The notes under the pieces are model-generated. The model saw nothing but the letters and a program-made list of their open reading frames with translations. It did not search any database and was not told the DNA's origin. DNA of 47,770 nt, from contig RGPR01000001.1 of assembly GCA_010030245.1 (NCBI GenBank), positions 1 through 47,770 on the forward strand. Direction: 5' to 3'. The DNA comes from Gammaproteobacteria bacterium (GTDB lineage: Bacteria; Pseudomonadota; Gammaproteobacteria; Legionellales; Legionellaceae). The position numbers and the translations under genes were made by a program. This document shows, piece by piece, positions 1-9,060 of this stretch (positions are counted from its first letter, which is position 1; the number at the start of each line of letters is the position of its first letter).

Positions 1-21
1 ATTCAATCTAAGAGGCCTATC

Positions 22-1209
22 ATGAGTGCTTTTGTTAAAGATGTCTTCATACCCGCATTAGGCGCGGTTGGGAGTATGGGTTGGAACGGTTTGGGAATGG
101 TGAGTGCAATGATTCCCATTGTAGGTAAGTATGTGTCAAAAGTGTTTTTTGATCAAGCTGTAAGGAACAATGAAGACACCGCAGAGATGAGAGCAGATTA
201 TGCAAAGGGGGAGGCAAGACAAAACGAAACAATTTCGAAGCAAGAAACATTACAAGCAGAGGCAATGAAAAAAAGTGAAAAAGCTCAATTAGAAATGACT
301 GTCACACAAGCTAATACCGAAAATGCTACAAGGTTATTTAAAATAGAGCAAGGATATAGAAAAACCGAAGCGGAAACTCAAGGATCAACAAACAGAATAA
401 AAAGCAAAGGTACCCACTATAAATCAATGACTGAAATTCACCAAGAGTTAACCGCTGCTGCAGAACAAACCACTAAAGACGCCAAAGTAAACCAAACCCA
501 AACGCAACTAGCTGATGCTGCTGTAATGACACTCAACGAAGCAGACAAACTGGTTGTTGAAGCACATGCTAAACTTATCCAATCACTCAATGCATTTGAA
601 AAATCAAGCGCCGATTACCTGTTGCAAGCCACAAAAGGTCATAACCAAGACCATAATACCATCAATGAAGGACAAGCCAACATTGGTGTAGCTAACGCCG
701 TGGCTAAAGAAGAATCTAATGCAATCAAAACAAGAGCTAAAATAGACATCGCTAATGGACATAAAGTGATTGAGGCTTTCCTGGATGTTTACAAAGCAGA
801 ACAAGATGCCCTAACCAAGCTTAAAATAGACTGTGGAAAGCAGGAATCAGGGACCCTCATTGAACAAAAAGAACTAGAATACGCAAAAAAAATACAGCCC
901 ATACTTGACGAACAATTAGAATCCAGAAGGTCTCTTTTAAATTTCAAAGTAGATGAAAAATTGGCCGGATTTCATCTCGATAGATTAAATGATTTATCTA
1001 AACAAGTACAAGCAGAAATTTCAGAAACACAGCAAAAAATTAGTCAAGACCCAAATAACCTGACAGCTAACGAGCAACATCTTGGCAATCTCACCCAATT
1101 TGCCGAAAGAATTAAAACCATCGCTGCGCAAAAGGGGAAATCCTCACCAGAACAAACACAAACGCAAACACAAGAACACCAGCCAGCGCAGCGGCAACAA
1201 GGAGTTTAG
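22..1209 (+). CDS. hypothetical protein; paired N-terminal hydrophobic segments followed by a long Q/K/E/T-rich coiled-coil and TQ-repeat tail (effector-like orphan)
   Basis: 395-aa track ORF with AAGAGG 6 nt upstream of the ATG. Two hydrophobic segments (VFIPALGAVGSMGW and LGMVSAMIPIVG) lie at residues ~8-36. The rest is helical low-complexity sequence with no catalytic motif I recognise, ending EQTQTQTQEHQPAQRQQGV. Confidence 0.55.
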   Translation: MSAFVKDVFIPALGAVGSMGWNGLGMVSAMIPIVGKYVSKVFFDQAVRNNEDTAEMRADYAKGEARQNETISKQETLQAEAMKKSEKAQLEMTVTQANTENATRLFKIEQGYRKTEAETQGSTNRIKSKGTHYKSMTEIHQELTAAAEQTTKDAKVNQTQTQLADAAVMTLNEADKLVVEAHAKLIQSLNAFEKSSADYLLQATKGHNQDHNTINEGQANIGVANAVAKEESNAIKTRAKIDIANGHKVIEAFLDVYKAEQDALTKLKIDCGKQESGTLIEQKELEYAKKIQPILDEQLESRRSLLNFKVDEKLAGFHLDRLNDLSKQVQAEISETQQKISQDPNNLTANEQHLGNLTQFAERIKTIAAQKGKSSPEQTQTQTQEHQPAQRQQGV

Positions 1210-1223
1210 TTTAGTGGCTCAAG

Positions 1224-1269
1224 CTTGATCTGACAGTCGTCGATTTTTAGAAGTATCTGTCAGGTCAAG
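1224..1269 (+). terminator. long-loop hairpin downstream of the first ORF (possible terminator)
   Basis: CTTGATCTGACAG-N20-CTGTCAGGTCAAG forms a 13-bp stem with one G:U pair. It starts 15 nt after the TAG at 1207-1209 and is followed by GTTTCGTT. The 20-nt loop and weak U-tract make it atypical. Confidence 0.3.
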
Positions 1270-1374
1270 TTTCGTTCCAATTCCTTTGTCCCGGCCGTGG
1301 TATCAATAAGCTCGGTCACACTTAACATAAAATAATCAGAATTGTTTCTTAAAAAAATCTGTCTATCATTGAAT

Positions 1375-1803
1375 TTAAGCATAGTAAATCAAACATAAGC
1401 CACTTAAGATGAGCGTAGAACCTGCTATAAAACGTAAATCAAAGTGATTACATTGAAAAAACAAATATAAAAATATGGCACTAAAAATAGGATATGTGCT
1501 TTCAATCAGTGCTGGTAAAGGCGCATTATTACTGGATTTTATCGCATATAAAATGAAATAGGTAGCAATATTAGCAGTAATTATTTGTAATAAAAATATC
1601 AGCATTATTTTTTTGTCAGACATTAAATACACCAAGTCTGTTTTTAAATGATGCTGGTAGGCTAGCACCATAAAAAATAAAGCACTAATGAATAAATTTA
1701 AAGCCATAAAAGTCAATATTGAAATCTTTTCAAGAATGACTTCACAAATCGCATAATTAAAGCCCCAAATAATTGAGGCATATAAAGCAAATTTGAACCA
1801 CAT
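1375..1803 (-). CDS. single-domain EamA/DMT-superfamily membrane protein (142 aa)
   Basis: Entirely hydrophobic multi-TM ORF. The N-terminus ALYASIIWGFNYAICEVILEKIS and the C-terminus IAGSTLILSGLCLIYYA fit the start and end of one EamA repeat. Typical DMT carriers have two such repeats. Confidence 0.55.
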   Translation of the reverse strand: MWFKFALYASIIWGFNYAICEVILEKISILTFMALNLFISALFFMVLAYQHHLKTDLVYLMSDKKIMLIFLLQIITANIATYFILYAIKSSNNAPLPALIESTYPIFSAIFLYLFFQCNHFDLRFIAGSTLILSGLCLIYYA

Positions 1804-1990
1804 AATGAAATTGCTCCTTTATCTAGCCAAGAACGTTAATAGGAAGAAAAGCTTTGCCAGTACTAATGATAATTAACAAAATGTTTGATGCATGTGAAGT
1901 ATAATCAACAATAATTACTCTTCTATTGCTACACAGATTATCACAATGATATGGTAACAATTCTAAATATAATATATTTAAAAGATAATC

Positions 1991-3862
1991 ATGCATGTAA
2001 AAAAAATACCTGCCCCTTTCGGGACGTGCTTAGGCCTTGCTCCAGGTAATGTTGCAGTCTATTCTTCGCATGAAGACCCACACCTGCCTGCTTGCTTAAA
2101 AAATCGTGACGACTATCGTAGCTACCTAGATGGTATATTCATGGGCTATAAATGGCAATGTGTGGAATTTGCTCGACGATGGTTGTATATCAATAAACAC
2201 TATATTTTTGCTGATATCAGTATGGCCTATGATATTTTTGAATTACGTTCAGTGAGTAGCACTAAAGATAATACTATATTACCCCTTAAATCATTTAAAA
2301 ATGGTGCTAAACATTGGCCTGTTCCTGGCTGCTTAATCATTTGGGCAGAAGGTGGTTATTTTGAAGATACTGGTCATGTTGCGGTGGTTATGGAAGTGTT
2401 CCCTGATGAAATACATATTATCGAACAAAATGTTGAGCAAACTATTTGGCCTGATGGACAAACTTACTCTCGAAAATTAAAAAGTTTTATCACTGCTGAT
2501 GGCGGATATTTAATTGAAGACCTTATTGATATCAATACTCAAGTTTTAGGTTGGGTTATTCAAACAGCCAACCCCCTACATGCAGAAGTAGTTAAGACCT
2601 CAGACCCTAAACTATTTGAATTAAAGCTGCAAAGTGTCCCAAAAATAGCGAAATATGACACTCCCTGGTTAGAACTAAACAATCCAGATGAATCAGCATT
2701 TGTAAAGAAGATGGGTGGACATAAACTAAATACTTTAGTCCCAGTCCAATATATTTGCATATCAGAAACTGCAGCAAAGGAATTAAAACATGCCACCAAT
2801 GAACTGCATGCGATGTTTATGCACGCAACCTACCATGTTTTGCAAGACGATAAACGTTTAGAAAAATTTAATATTCCACCTGCTCTGTGGCCAAAAATAC
2901 ACCGTTCATGGGAAGAACGAAAAAACCAGATGGTTACAGGACGCTTTGATTTTGCAATGACAGAACGCGGAATAAAGGTATTTGAATATAATGCTGATTC
3001 AGCATCATGTATTTTAGAATGTGGAACAATTCAAGAAAAATGGGCAAATCACTATGATTGTCAAATAGGTCGAAATCCTGGTGTTGATCTGTTCTACCAT
3101 TTAGTGAATGCGTGGCGACACAATCATATAGGCGGCATTTTGCATATTTTACAAGATGATGATCCGGAAGAACACTATCATGCACAATACATGAAAAAAG
3201 CGATTACAGCTGCAGGCATTACTTGTAAAATTATTGTTGGCTTTGATAGCTTAAGTTGGAATAGTGCAGGTGAAGTGATTGACGACGAGCAAATTCCATT
3301 AAAATGCATATGGAAAACCTGGGCTTGGGAAACTGCTTTACAACAAATTCGTCACGAATATACAAAAGAATTATTGAGTGTTGTGCAGGATCAAACAGCA
3401 ACGCCTCGTCTTGTAGATGTATTACTACAAGATAATATCATGGTATATGAACCATTATGGACCTTGATCACCAGTAATAAAGCACTCTTACCTGTCTTAT
3501 GGGAGTTGTTCCCAGATAATCCATACTTGCTGAACGCGCAATATGAAGTTACAGCGGCGTTATTATCAGATGGATATGTCTCAAAACCTTTAGCTGGATA
3601 TGCTGGCGATAACATTCGAATTTTTAGTTCATCTAATATCATCATAAATGAAAGAAACGGCCGATTTTGTCATCAAGATCAGATTTACCAAACTTTTTTT
3701 CAATTGCCAGAACGTGATGGCTACCATATTCAATTAGCAGCTTTTACCGTTGATGGCAAATATGCTGGTGCAACTACGCGAGTAGATAAATCAATCATTA
3801 TTAACACCCACAGTGATATTTTACCGCTTCGTGTAGTAGCAGACAAATGCTACTGCAAATAG
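1991..3862 (+). CDS. gss: bifunctional glutathionylspermidine amidase/synthetase
   Basis: 623 aa, collinear by eye with E. coli Gss (619 aa). N-terminal CHAP amidase: PFGTCLGLAPGNVAVYSS and YKWQCVEFARRW (catalytic Cys). C-terminal ATP-grasp synthetase: TGRFDFAMTERGIKVFEYNADSAS, KTWAWETA, YEPLWTLITSNKALLPVLW, QLAAFTVDGKYAGATTR. Confidence 0.9.
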   Translation: MHVKKIPAPFGTCLGLAPGNVAVYSSHEDPHLPACLKNRDDYRSYLDGIFMGYKWQCVEFARRWLYINKHYIFADISMAYDIFELRSVSSTKDNTILPLKSFKNGAKHWPVPGCLIIWAEGGYFEDTGHVAVVMEVFPDEIHIIEQNVEQTIWPDGQTYSRKLKSFITADGGYLIEDLIDINTQVLGWVIQTANPLHAEVVKTSDPKLFELKLQSVPKIAKYDTPWLELNNPDESAFVKKMGGHKLNTLVPVQYICISETAAKELKHATNELHAMFMHATYHVLQDDKRLEKFNIPPALWPKIHRSWEERKNQMVTGRFDFAMTERGIKVFEYNADSASCILECGTIQEKWANHYDCQIGRNPGVDLFYHLVNAWRHNHIGGILHILQDDDPEEHYHAQYMKKAITAAGITCKIIVGFDSLSWNSAGEVIDDEQIPLKCIWKTWAWETALQQIRHEYTKELLSVVQDQTATPRLVDVLLQDNIMVYEPLWTLITSNKALLPVLWELFPDNPYLLNAQYEVTAALLSDGYVSKPLAGYAGDNIRIFSSSNIIINERNGRFCHQDQIYQTFFQLPERDGYHIQLAAFTVDGKYAGATTRVDKSIIINTHSDILPLRVVADKCYCK

Positions 3863-3880
3863 CTGCACGCGACATTTTAT

Positions 3881-4795
3881 TCATATTATGGCCATTTGAA
3901 GAGCGCTTAGGTCTCGAATTTCTTCAACATTGCCTTCAATTGTTTTACAAATGTTGTCCAAAGGGAGGTGGCTTAAATTCTTTTGAGAAAATGGATTTTG
4001 TAGTTCGATGCTAATCTGATCGATTGAAAAAAGTGCATAAGAGACGATACCTACAATTAATGGACTGATATATAAAGAAATGTCTGCTAAGGCAAATGGC
4101 AAAATCAATAAGAAAAATAAAATAAAGCGCCTTGATTTTATAGCCATCACAAAGGGCATCGGTGTTTTTAAAATCCGTTCACAGGCGCCTTGAGCATTAA
4201 CAATTTCTTGTATTGGCGTTTGTGCCGCAAGGAAGGTGTAGCCATCTAGCCAGTCATTATCTCGCCCAATTTGTAGCTCCTTTGCCATCATGGTCAGTAG
4301 TATATTCGGATGATGTTTGGATACATTTAACTTCTCAATATGTTCTATATCAATCAAATGAGATAAGTATTGCATATCGGCTGAGCCTCTTAAATTATCT
4401 TTCATCAGATAGGGTAAAGCTGAAATCATATTGGTGATTTTAAGCAGCCAAACAGGTTCAGGGTTTTTGGTATATTGAACGAGTATGATAGAAAGGTTCC
4501 TCGATTGATTGACAATATTACCCCATAATTTCCTTGCCTCCCACCATCGATCGTGGCCTGCATTGAGTCTAAAGACCAAGATTAAGGCCATGATAAACCC
4601 ACCATATTCAAACGGGCCAATAGGTAAAGCAGGTAATCGGAATAAATCACAAAGATATGTTACTAAGCACGTATAAATAACAATGAAGCATACTTTTTTA
4701 ATAACCTTTGGTGTAACTGAACCTGTTAAAGTTAAGGCATTTTTGAAAAAATTGTCATATTCATGCTGATTTTGCAAGTTATCATTTTGATTCAT
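3881..4795 (-). CDS. bestrophin-family (YneE/UPF0187-like) anion channel
   Basis: HDRWWEARKLWG motif after two TM helices, later TM pair FILFFLLILPFALADISLYISPLIVGIVSYALF. I prefer the ATG at 4795 (MNQNDNLQ..., 304 aa) to the track start at 4963, whose extra 56 aa look non-coding. Confidence 0.7.
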   Translation of the reverse strand: MNQNDNLQNQHEYDNFFKNALTLTGSVTPKVIKKVCFIVIYTCLVTYLCDLFRLPALPIGPFEYGGFIMALILVFRLNAGHDRWWEARKLWGNIVNQSRNLSIILVQYTKNPEPVWLLKITNMISALPYLMKDNLRGSADMQYLSHLIDIEHIEKLNVSKHHPNILLTMMAKELQIGRDNDWLDGYTFLAAQTPIQEIVNAQGACERILKTPMPFVMAIKSRRFILFFLLILPFALADISLYISPLIVGIVSYALFSIDQISIELQNPFSQKNLSHLPLDNICKTIEGNVEEIRDLSALQMAII

Positions 4796-5069
4796 TTTTA
4801 TTAGCACCAATTGTATTATTGAAGTAAACCCTGGATGACAGGTTTGCAGTTTAGCTCTTAAATTATGGTATATCAATAGTGATTGGACTTCTATTGATGA
4901 TAGGCTCAGTTTGAATAAAAAAAGGTTATAAAAAGAGTTAAGCCGAAACTCTATACCAAACATCTTTGCATATTTTTAAACATAAGAATTTATAACGATC
5001 ATAATGCCTTTTAAACAGACAAATATGTGTGGTCATGATATCATGCCGTCTTCTATTCTCTATAGGTGA

Positions 5070-5399
5070 TATTATGAACAACTTTACTTCTCAATAGCAG
5101 AGAAGGAAATACAAGAGTCATATGACCAAAGAAGTGAAGAGTGCGCAAGACAAGCATTAGAAAACGTCAAACGAGGAAATTCATTCTTTGATGAGGGAGA
5201 AAGAAAATATAAAAAAACATGTATAGAAGCCTGTGAAGAAGCTAGAACATTAGCAGATCTAGCCAATTTTTTAAAAACAATTAACGATGGAACCATCCCA
5301 TATGAAGAAGCTGCAAAACAAGCACAAGCTGAAATAAAGGAAGCAACAAAAAAAGCGATCGAAGCAGCAAAAAGCCATATGTCGGCTCAGCCGAACTGA
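5070..5399 (+). pseudogene. start-less 109-codon open frame (K/E/A-rich helical product); probable decayed or truncated gene
   Basis: Hand translation gives YYEQLYFSIAEKEIQESYDQRSEECARQALENVKRGNSFFDEGERKYKKTCIEACEEARTLADLANFLKTINDGTIPYEEAAKQAQAEIKEATKKAIEAAKSHMSAQPN*. There is no ATG/GTG/TTG in frame until codon 104. An in-frame TGA at 5067-5069 is preceded by in-frame ATGs at 5004 and 5043. A frame this long without stops is unlikely by chance in AT-rich DNA. Confidence 0.35.
5369..5396 (-). terminator. possible terminator hairpins just downstream of tRNA-Pro
   Basis: Minus strand after the CCA end reads GTTCGGC-TGA-GCCGAC, then AGCC-GACATAT-GGCT followed by TTTT. The stems are short, so the call is weak. 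Confidence 0.3.
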
Positions 5400-5401
5400 T
5401 A

Positions 5402-5478
5402 TGGTCGGAGTGACAGGAATTGAACCTGCGACCCCTGCCTCCCGAAGGCAGTGCTCTACCAGGCTGAGCTACACTCCG
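5402..5478 (-). tRNA. tRNA-Pro (anticodon CGG)
   Basis: The reverse complement folds by hand into a 77-nt cloverleaf. Acceptor CGGAGTG/CACTCCG, D-arm GCTC-AGCCTGGTA-GAGC, anticodon stem CTGCC/GGCAG with loop TTCGGGA, variable GGGTC, T-arm GCAGG-TTCAATT-CCTGT, discriminator A and encoded CCA. Confidence 0.93.
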
Positions 5479-5487
5479 AATCTCTCA

Positions 5488-5976
5488 CTAATGGGTTTTT
5501 AGGGGGGGCGTCAATATGTCTTGGCTTGATAATGCGCCTTTTACCTGATGTTGGTAAAATTGAATGAGCATCACAGTCATTGGTCTTCTAATGGTAATCA
5601 CATCATCATATGTTGACGCTTTGGATTGAAAATCAAGTACTTCGTTCATGTCATTTGCAGGTGTGGTATTGTATTGCCCCATCGGATTAAGCTCTTTCTT
5701 CACATCTCTGGAATCTTCACGTATAAACGATGAAGTCTTGATGATTTTAAAATAAGGAAAACCCTTTTCCTTACAGAGTTCTGCTGAGCGTCTTAAGGCA
5801 TATTGATAAACTTGTTCCTTGCTACTACGTTGATTACCTAGAAAGCGAACCATGTAAGTATTGTCAGACATTTTGGTATCTCGATAGCCTGACCCATTTA
5901 ATTCAGCAGGTTTGTAAACCGTAGCACAGGCGCCCAACAATAGGCTTGCAATAATTAGACCTAACAGTCTTTTCAT
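5488..5976 (-). CDS. lipoprotein, function unknown
   Basis: MKRLLGLIIASLLLGAC signal peptide with an LGAC lipobox. The mature part has the pattern GY..T....Y.V.F.GN......V..YAL.R.AELC...G seen in a family of small proteobacterial lipoproteins. Confidence 0.6.
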   Translation of the reverse strand: MKRLLGLIIASLLLGACATVYKPAELNGSGYRDTKMSDNTYMVRFLGNQRSSKEQVYQYALRRSAELCKEKGFPYFKIIKTSSFIREDSRDVKKELNPMGQYNTTPANDMNEVLDFQSKASTYDDVITIRRPMTVMLIQFYQHQVKGALSSQDILTPPLKTH

Positions 5977-6098
5977 GATTCATCCTTAAAACCAAAAGAG
6001 ACAATCTAACATGGCCATCAATAATTTTCCATCAAATCGATATGGATTCAAGAAAAACTATGCTAATCTTTTTTTAAAAATCATTTAAAAAAAATTCA

Positions 6099-6323
6099 AT
6101 GATCAAAATTCTCGTCATAAGCCTTATAGGAATAAATCTCATAGCCTGCGTTAACGTTGCCTCAAAGCCAATTGAATACCGTGAAGTGGTTCATGACCGC
6201 ATCACGAATAGGATTGAGTTGGGAGACAATCAGAATAACATTGACGTCACTGAGGGAGAAAGAATTATCCCCCTCAGGCATCCTCGCTTTAACGTCTATT
6301 TTGATACTTACCAACAAACTTAG
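6099..6323 (+). CDS. small putative lipoprotein (74 aa)
   Basis: MIKILVISLIGINLIAC has a signal-peptide-like N-terminus with an LIAC lipobox. Its last 4 nt overlap the convergent topA stop. No homolog recognised. Confidence 0.4.
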   Translation: MIKILVISLIGINLIACVNVASKPIEYREVVHDRITNRIELGDNQNNIDVTEGERIIPLRHPRFNVYFDTYQQT

Positions 6324-8590
6324 ACATTATCAGTATGGCCACATTCACTTTGAGGACATATTTTTTGTTCCCCAAACTTTTTGGTGACTTTTAGGCTCAA
6401 AATAGGCCATTTGCATTTTGGGCAAGGTTCATTCAGTGGCTGATTCCAAATTGCATACTTACACTTTGGATAACCACCACAAGAATAAAAAATACGTCCT
6501 TTTTTAGATTTACGCTTTAATATAGGATGAGATTGGCAAATCGGACAAGTGACCCCCGTATCTTCAGGTTTATCCAGTGGCTCCATGAATTTACATTCTG
6601 GATAATTTGAGCATCCCACAAAAAGTCCATACTTACCACGTTTGATTTGTAGCGCTGAGCTACAAGTAGGGCAAGCCCTATCAATCGTTTTGACTTCTGG
6701 CTCAGTGCCTGTACTATTTTGCCCCATATCCTGGGTATAATCACATTCAGGATAAGCGGTGCAACCAATAAAACGCCCTCTTTTCCCTAAACGGATAGCT
6801 AAAGGCTTATCACATTTGGGACAGTTTTCGTTTAGTTCTTCGGTTGTGACATCTTTGCGCTGAACGGTGTCATCAATTTGTTGGACTTTTTCAGAAAATG
6901 GTTGCCAGAAGTTTTCTAATACGGGTATCCATTCTTGTTCGCCACGAGATATTGCGTCTAAGGTATCTTCAAGGCCTGCTGTGAACTTATAATCCACATA
7001 AGTGTTAAAATACTCTGTCAAGAAATGACTAACAATACGGCCCACATCTGTTGGAATAAAGCGTTTTTTCTCCACCACGACATAATCTCTATCCTGCAGT
7101 GTTGAAATAATGCTCGCATACGTTGAAGGACGCCCTATATCAAATTCCTCGAGGGCCTTGACCAAACTGGCTTCACTGTAACGCGCAGGTGGCTCCGTAT
7201 GATGCTCTTCAACGATAATGTCTTTGAGCTTAATTTTATCACCAACTGCCAACTCAGGTAGCATGGTTTCAGCATCATCATCATTTTGTTCATCCTTGCC
7301 TTCTTCATAAACAGACAAAAAGCCTGGGAAAATAATTTGGGAACCATTGGCCCTGAATTTATCTTCAACGCCTGATTGCAAATCTACAGCAACCGTATCA
7401 AGACGAGCAGAACTCATTTGTGAAGCCATGGTGCGCTGCCAAATCAACTGATACAATTTTCGTTGATCAGGACTTAAAAATGACTTCATGGCTTCTGGCG
7501 TCCGCATCACATCAGTAGGCCGGATGGCTTCATGTGCTTCTTGGGCATTTTTTGATTTGGTTTTAAATATCCTTGGGGTGTCAGGGCAAAAGTTTTTACC
7601 ATAACGCTCAGTAATAAAATGACGAATATTGCTAAGCGCTTCCCCGGCTAAATTAACCGAGTCTGTACGCATGTAAGTAATCAGACCTGAGGTGCCTGAA
7701 CCAATATCAATCCCTTCATAAAGTTGCTGGGCAATTTGCATGGTCTTACGCGCGGTAAAACCTAATTTACGAGATGCATCTTGTTGGAGGGATGCGGTAA
7801 TAAATGGTGGTGATGGATGGCGCAAACGCTCTTTACGGGTGACATTGACCACTTCCAAGCTGCCATTAGCACGTTTTAAAATTGCCTCTCGAGCTGCGGC
7901 TGCATCTTCACCATTTTGCCAATAAAACTGTTCTACTTTATCTTGCATCCAATGGGTCAATCGTGCATTGAATTTGCTTTTTTGTTGGCAATTGGCAATG
8001 ACATACCAGTAAGGCTGGGAGATAAAACGGTCGATTTCGTCTTCACGCTCCACAATTAAACGTAATGCCGGACTTTGCACACGACCTGCTGAAAGTCCGC
8101 GTCTGATTTTTTTCCAAAGCAGCGGTGATAAATTAAATCCGACCAGATAATCAAGGGCACGTCGAGCCTGCTGAGCGTTCACCAAGTGCATGGCTATATC
8201 ACGAGGTGCTTCGATAGCTTCTTTGACCGCTTGTTTGGTGATTTCATAAAAAACGATTCGATGAACGGCTTTATTTTTTATCAATCCTTTATCTTGCAAT
8301 ACGCTCAAGATATGCCAAGAAATAGCCTCCCCTTCGCGATCCGGGTCAGTTGCCAGATAGAGGGTGTCAGCTTGTTTGATGGCTTTTACAATGGCATCCA
8401 CATGGCGGCTATTACGTTCAATCAACGTGTAGGTCATGGCAAAATTAGCTTCTGGTTTTACTGAGCCTTTTTTTGCAGGAAGATCGCGTACGTGACCATA
8501 CGATGCCATGACTGTAAAATCTTTACCAAGATACTTTTCAATGGTTTTTGCTTTCGCTGGTGACTCCACTATCACCAAATTTTTTGTCAT
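6320..8590 (-). CDS. topA: DNA topoisomerase I
   Basis: Toprim N-terminus LVIVESPAKAKTIEKYLG, DPDREGEAISWH, active-site region GLITYMRTDS, and a C-terminal array of CxxC...CxxC zinc ribbons (CPKCDKP, CPTCSSA, CPICQSH, CPKCKWP). Confidence 0.95.
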   Translation of the reverse strand: MTKNLVIVESPAKAKTIEKYLGKDFTVMASYGHVRDLPAKKGSVKPEANFAMTYTLIERNSRHVDAIVKAIKQADTLYLATDPDREGEAISWHILSVLQDKGLIKNKAVHRIVFYEITKQAVKEAIEAPRDIAMHLVNAQQARRALDYLVGFNLSPLLWKKIRRGLSAGRVQSPALRLIVEREDEIDRFISQPYWYVIANCQQKSKFNARLTHWMQDKVEQFYWQNGEDAAAAREAILKRANGSLEVVNVTRKERLRHPSPPFITASLQQDASRKLGFTARKTMQIAQQLYEGIDIGSGTSGLITYMRTDSVNLAGEALSNIRHFITERYGKNFCPDTPRIFKTKSKNAQEAHEAIRPTDVMRTPEAMKSFLSPDQRKLYQLIWQRTMASQMSSARLDTVAVDLQSGVEDKFRANGSQIIFPGFLSVYEEGKDEQNDDDAETMLPELAVGDKIKLKDIIVEEHHTEPPARYSEASLVKALEEFDIGRPSTYASIISTLQDRDYVVVEKKRFIPTDVGRIVSHFLTEYFNTYVDYKFTAGLEDTLDAISRGEQEWIPVLENFWQPFSEKVQQIDDTVQRKDVTTEELNENCPKCDKPLAIRLGKRGRFIGCTAYPECDYTQDMGQNSTGTEPEVKTIDRACPTCSSALQIKRGKYGLFVGCSNYPECKFMEPLDKPEDTGVTCPICQSHPILKRKSKKGRIFYSCGGYPKCKYAIWNQPLNEPCPKCKWPILSLKVTKKFGEQKICPQSECGHTDNV

Positions 8591-8602
8591 TATTTCTCCA
8601 TT

Positions 8603-9031
8603 TTAGTGCATGGTTGTGAGAGCCATCTCCGTATTCAATGAAAATTCTAGCATCATCAGTTCTCTGTCTGACAAGAAATCAAATAACACTTGATGGGTAA
8701 TGTACTTAATTTCAGCCACAGAAACAAACCGCATACTAGACTCTAACACAAGATCCATGACTTGCTCAAATTGTTCACATGAAAGGACGCCAGTATGCAA
8801 CAAACGCATCAAAAATTGAAGAGCTGGTTTGGTTAATTTTGCTTGTTCCAACACAGTGAGTACACGAGTACCCTTATTAGATTGGGTATGAAAAATGGGT
8901 AAGGTGATTTCATCTGAATCAAATGATATCAAGTTATCTTCTGTTTCATTCATCTGTTTAGATTTTAGTTGTGTTAGTGTTTGTTCAAACAAGGACAACA
9001 ACATTTCAAACAATTGATCATTCATAAACAC
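8603..9031 (-). CDS. smg: Smg (DUF494) family protein
   Basis: 142-aa acidic protein with an MF..LF..L..LFE N-terminus like E. coli Smg. It sits in the conserved position between dprA and topA. Confidence 0.6.
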   Translation of the reverse strand: MFMNDQLFEMLLSLFEQTLTQLKSKQMNETEDNLISFDSDEITLPIFHTQSNKGTRVLTVLEQAKLTKPALQFLMRLLHTGVLSCEQFEQVMDLVLESSMRFVSVAEIKYITHQVLFDFLSDRELMMLEFSLNTEMALTTMH

Positions 9032-9060
9032 CTCGCAGCACTATCATAGCAAACAACCCA

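Noticed and set aside
1151-1180. ACACAAACGCAAACACAA (TQTQTQ), considered as a variable microsatellite
   Set aside because: It is an imperfect repeat of only three units and is more simply low-complexity coding sequence.
1275-1300. GTTCCAATTCCTTTGTCCCGG, resembling the tRNA-Pro T-arm region (GACAGGAATTGAAC), considered as a possible att direct repeat bounding an island
   Set aside because: The similarity is short, needs gaps and is in inverted rather than direct orientation relative to the tRNA.
3848-3862. C-terminal CYCK of Gss, considered as a eukaryotic CaaX prenylation box
   Set aside because: The middle residues are not aliphatic, and the protein is a cytosolic metabolic enzyme collinear with E. 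coli Gss. Coincidence is the likely explanation.
5067-5069. In-frame TGA upstream of the start-less frame, considered as selenocysteine or programmed readthrough
   Set aside because: I could find no SECIS-like hairpin immediately downstream and there is no selenoprotein-like context. The upstream 21 codons look non-coding, so pseudogenisation is simpler.
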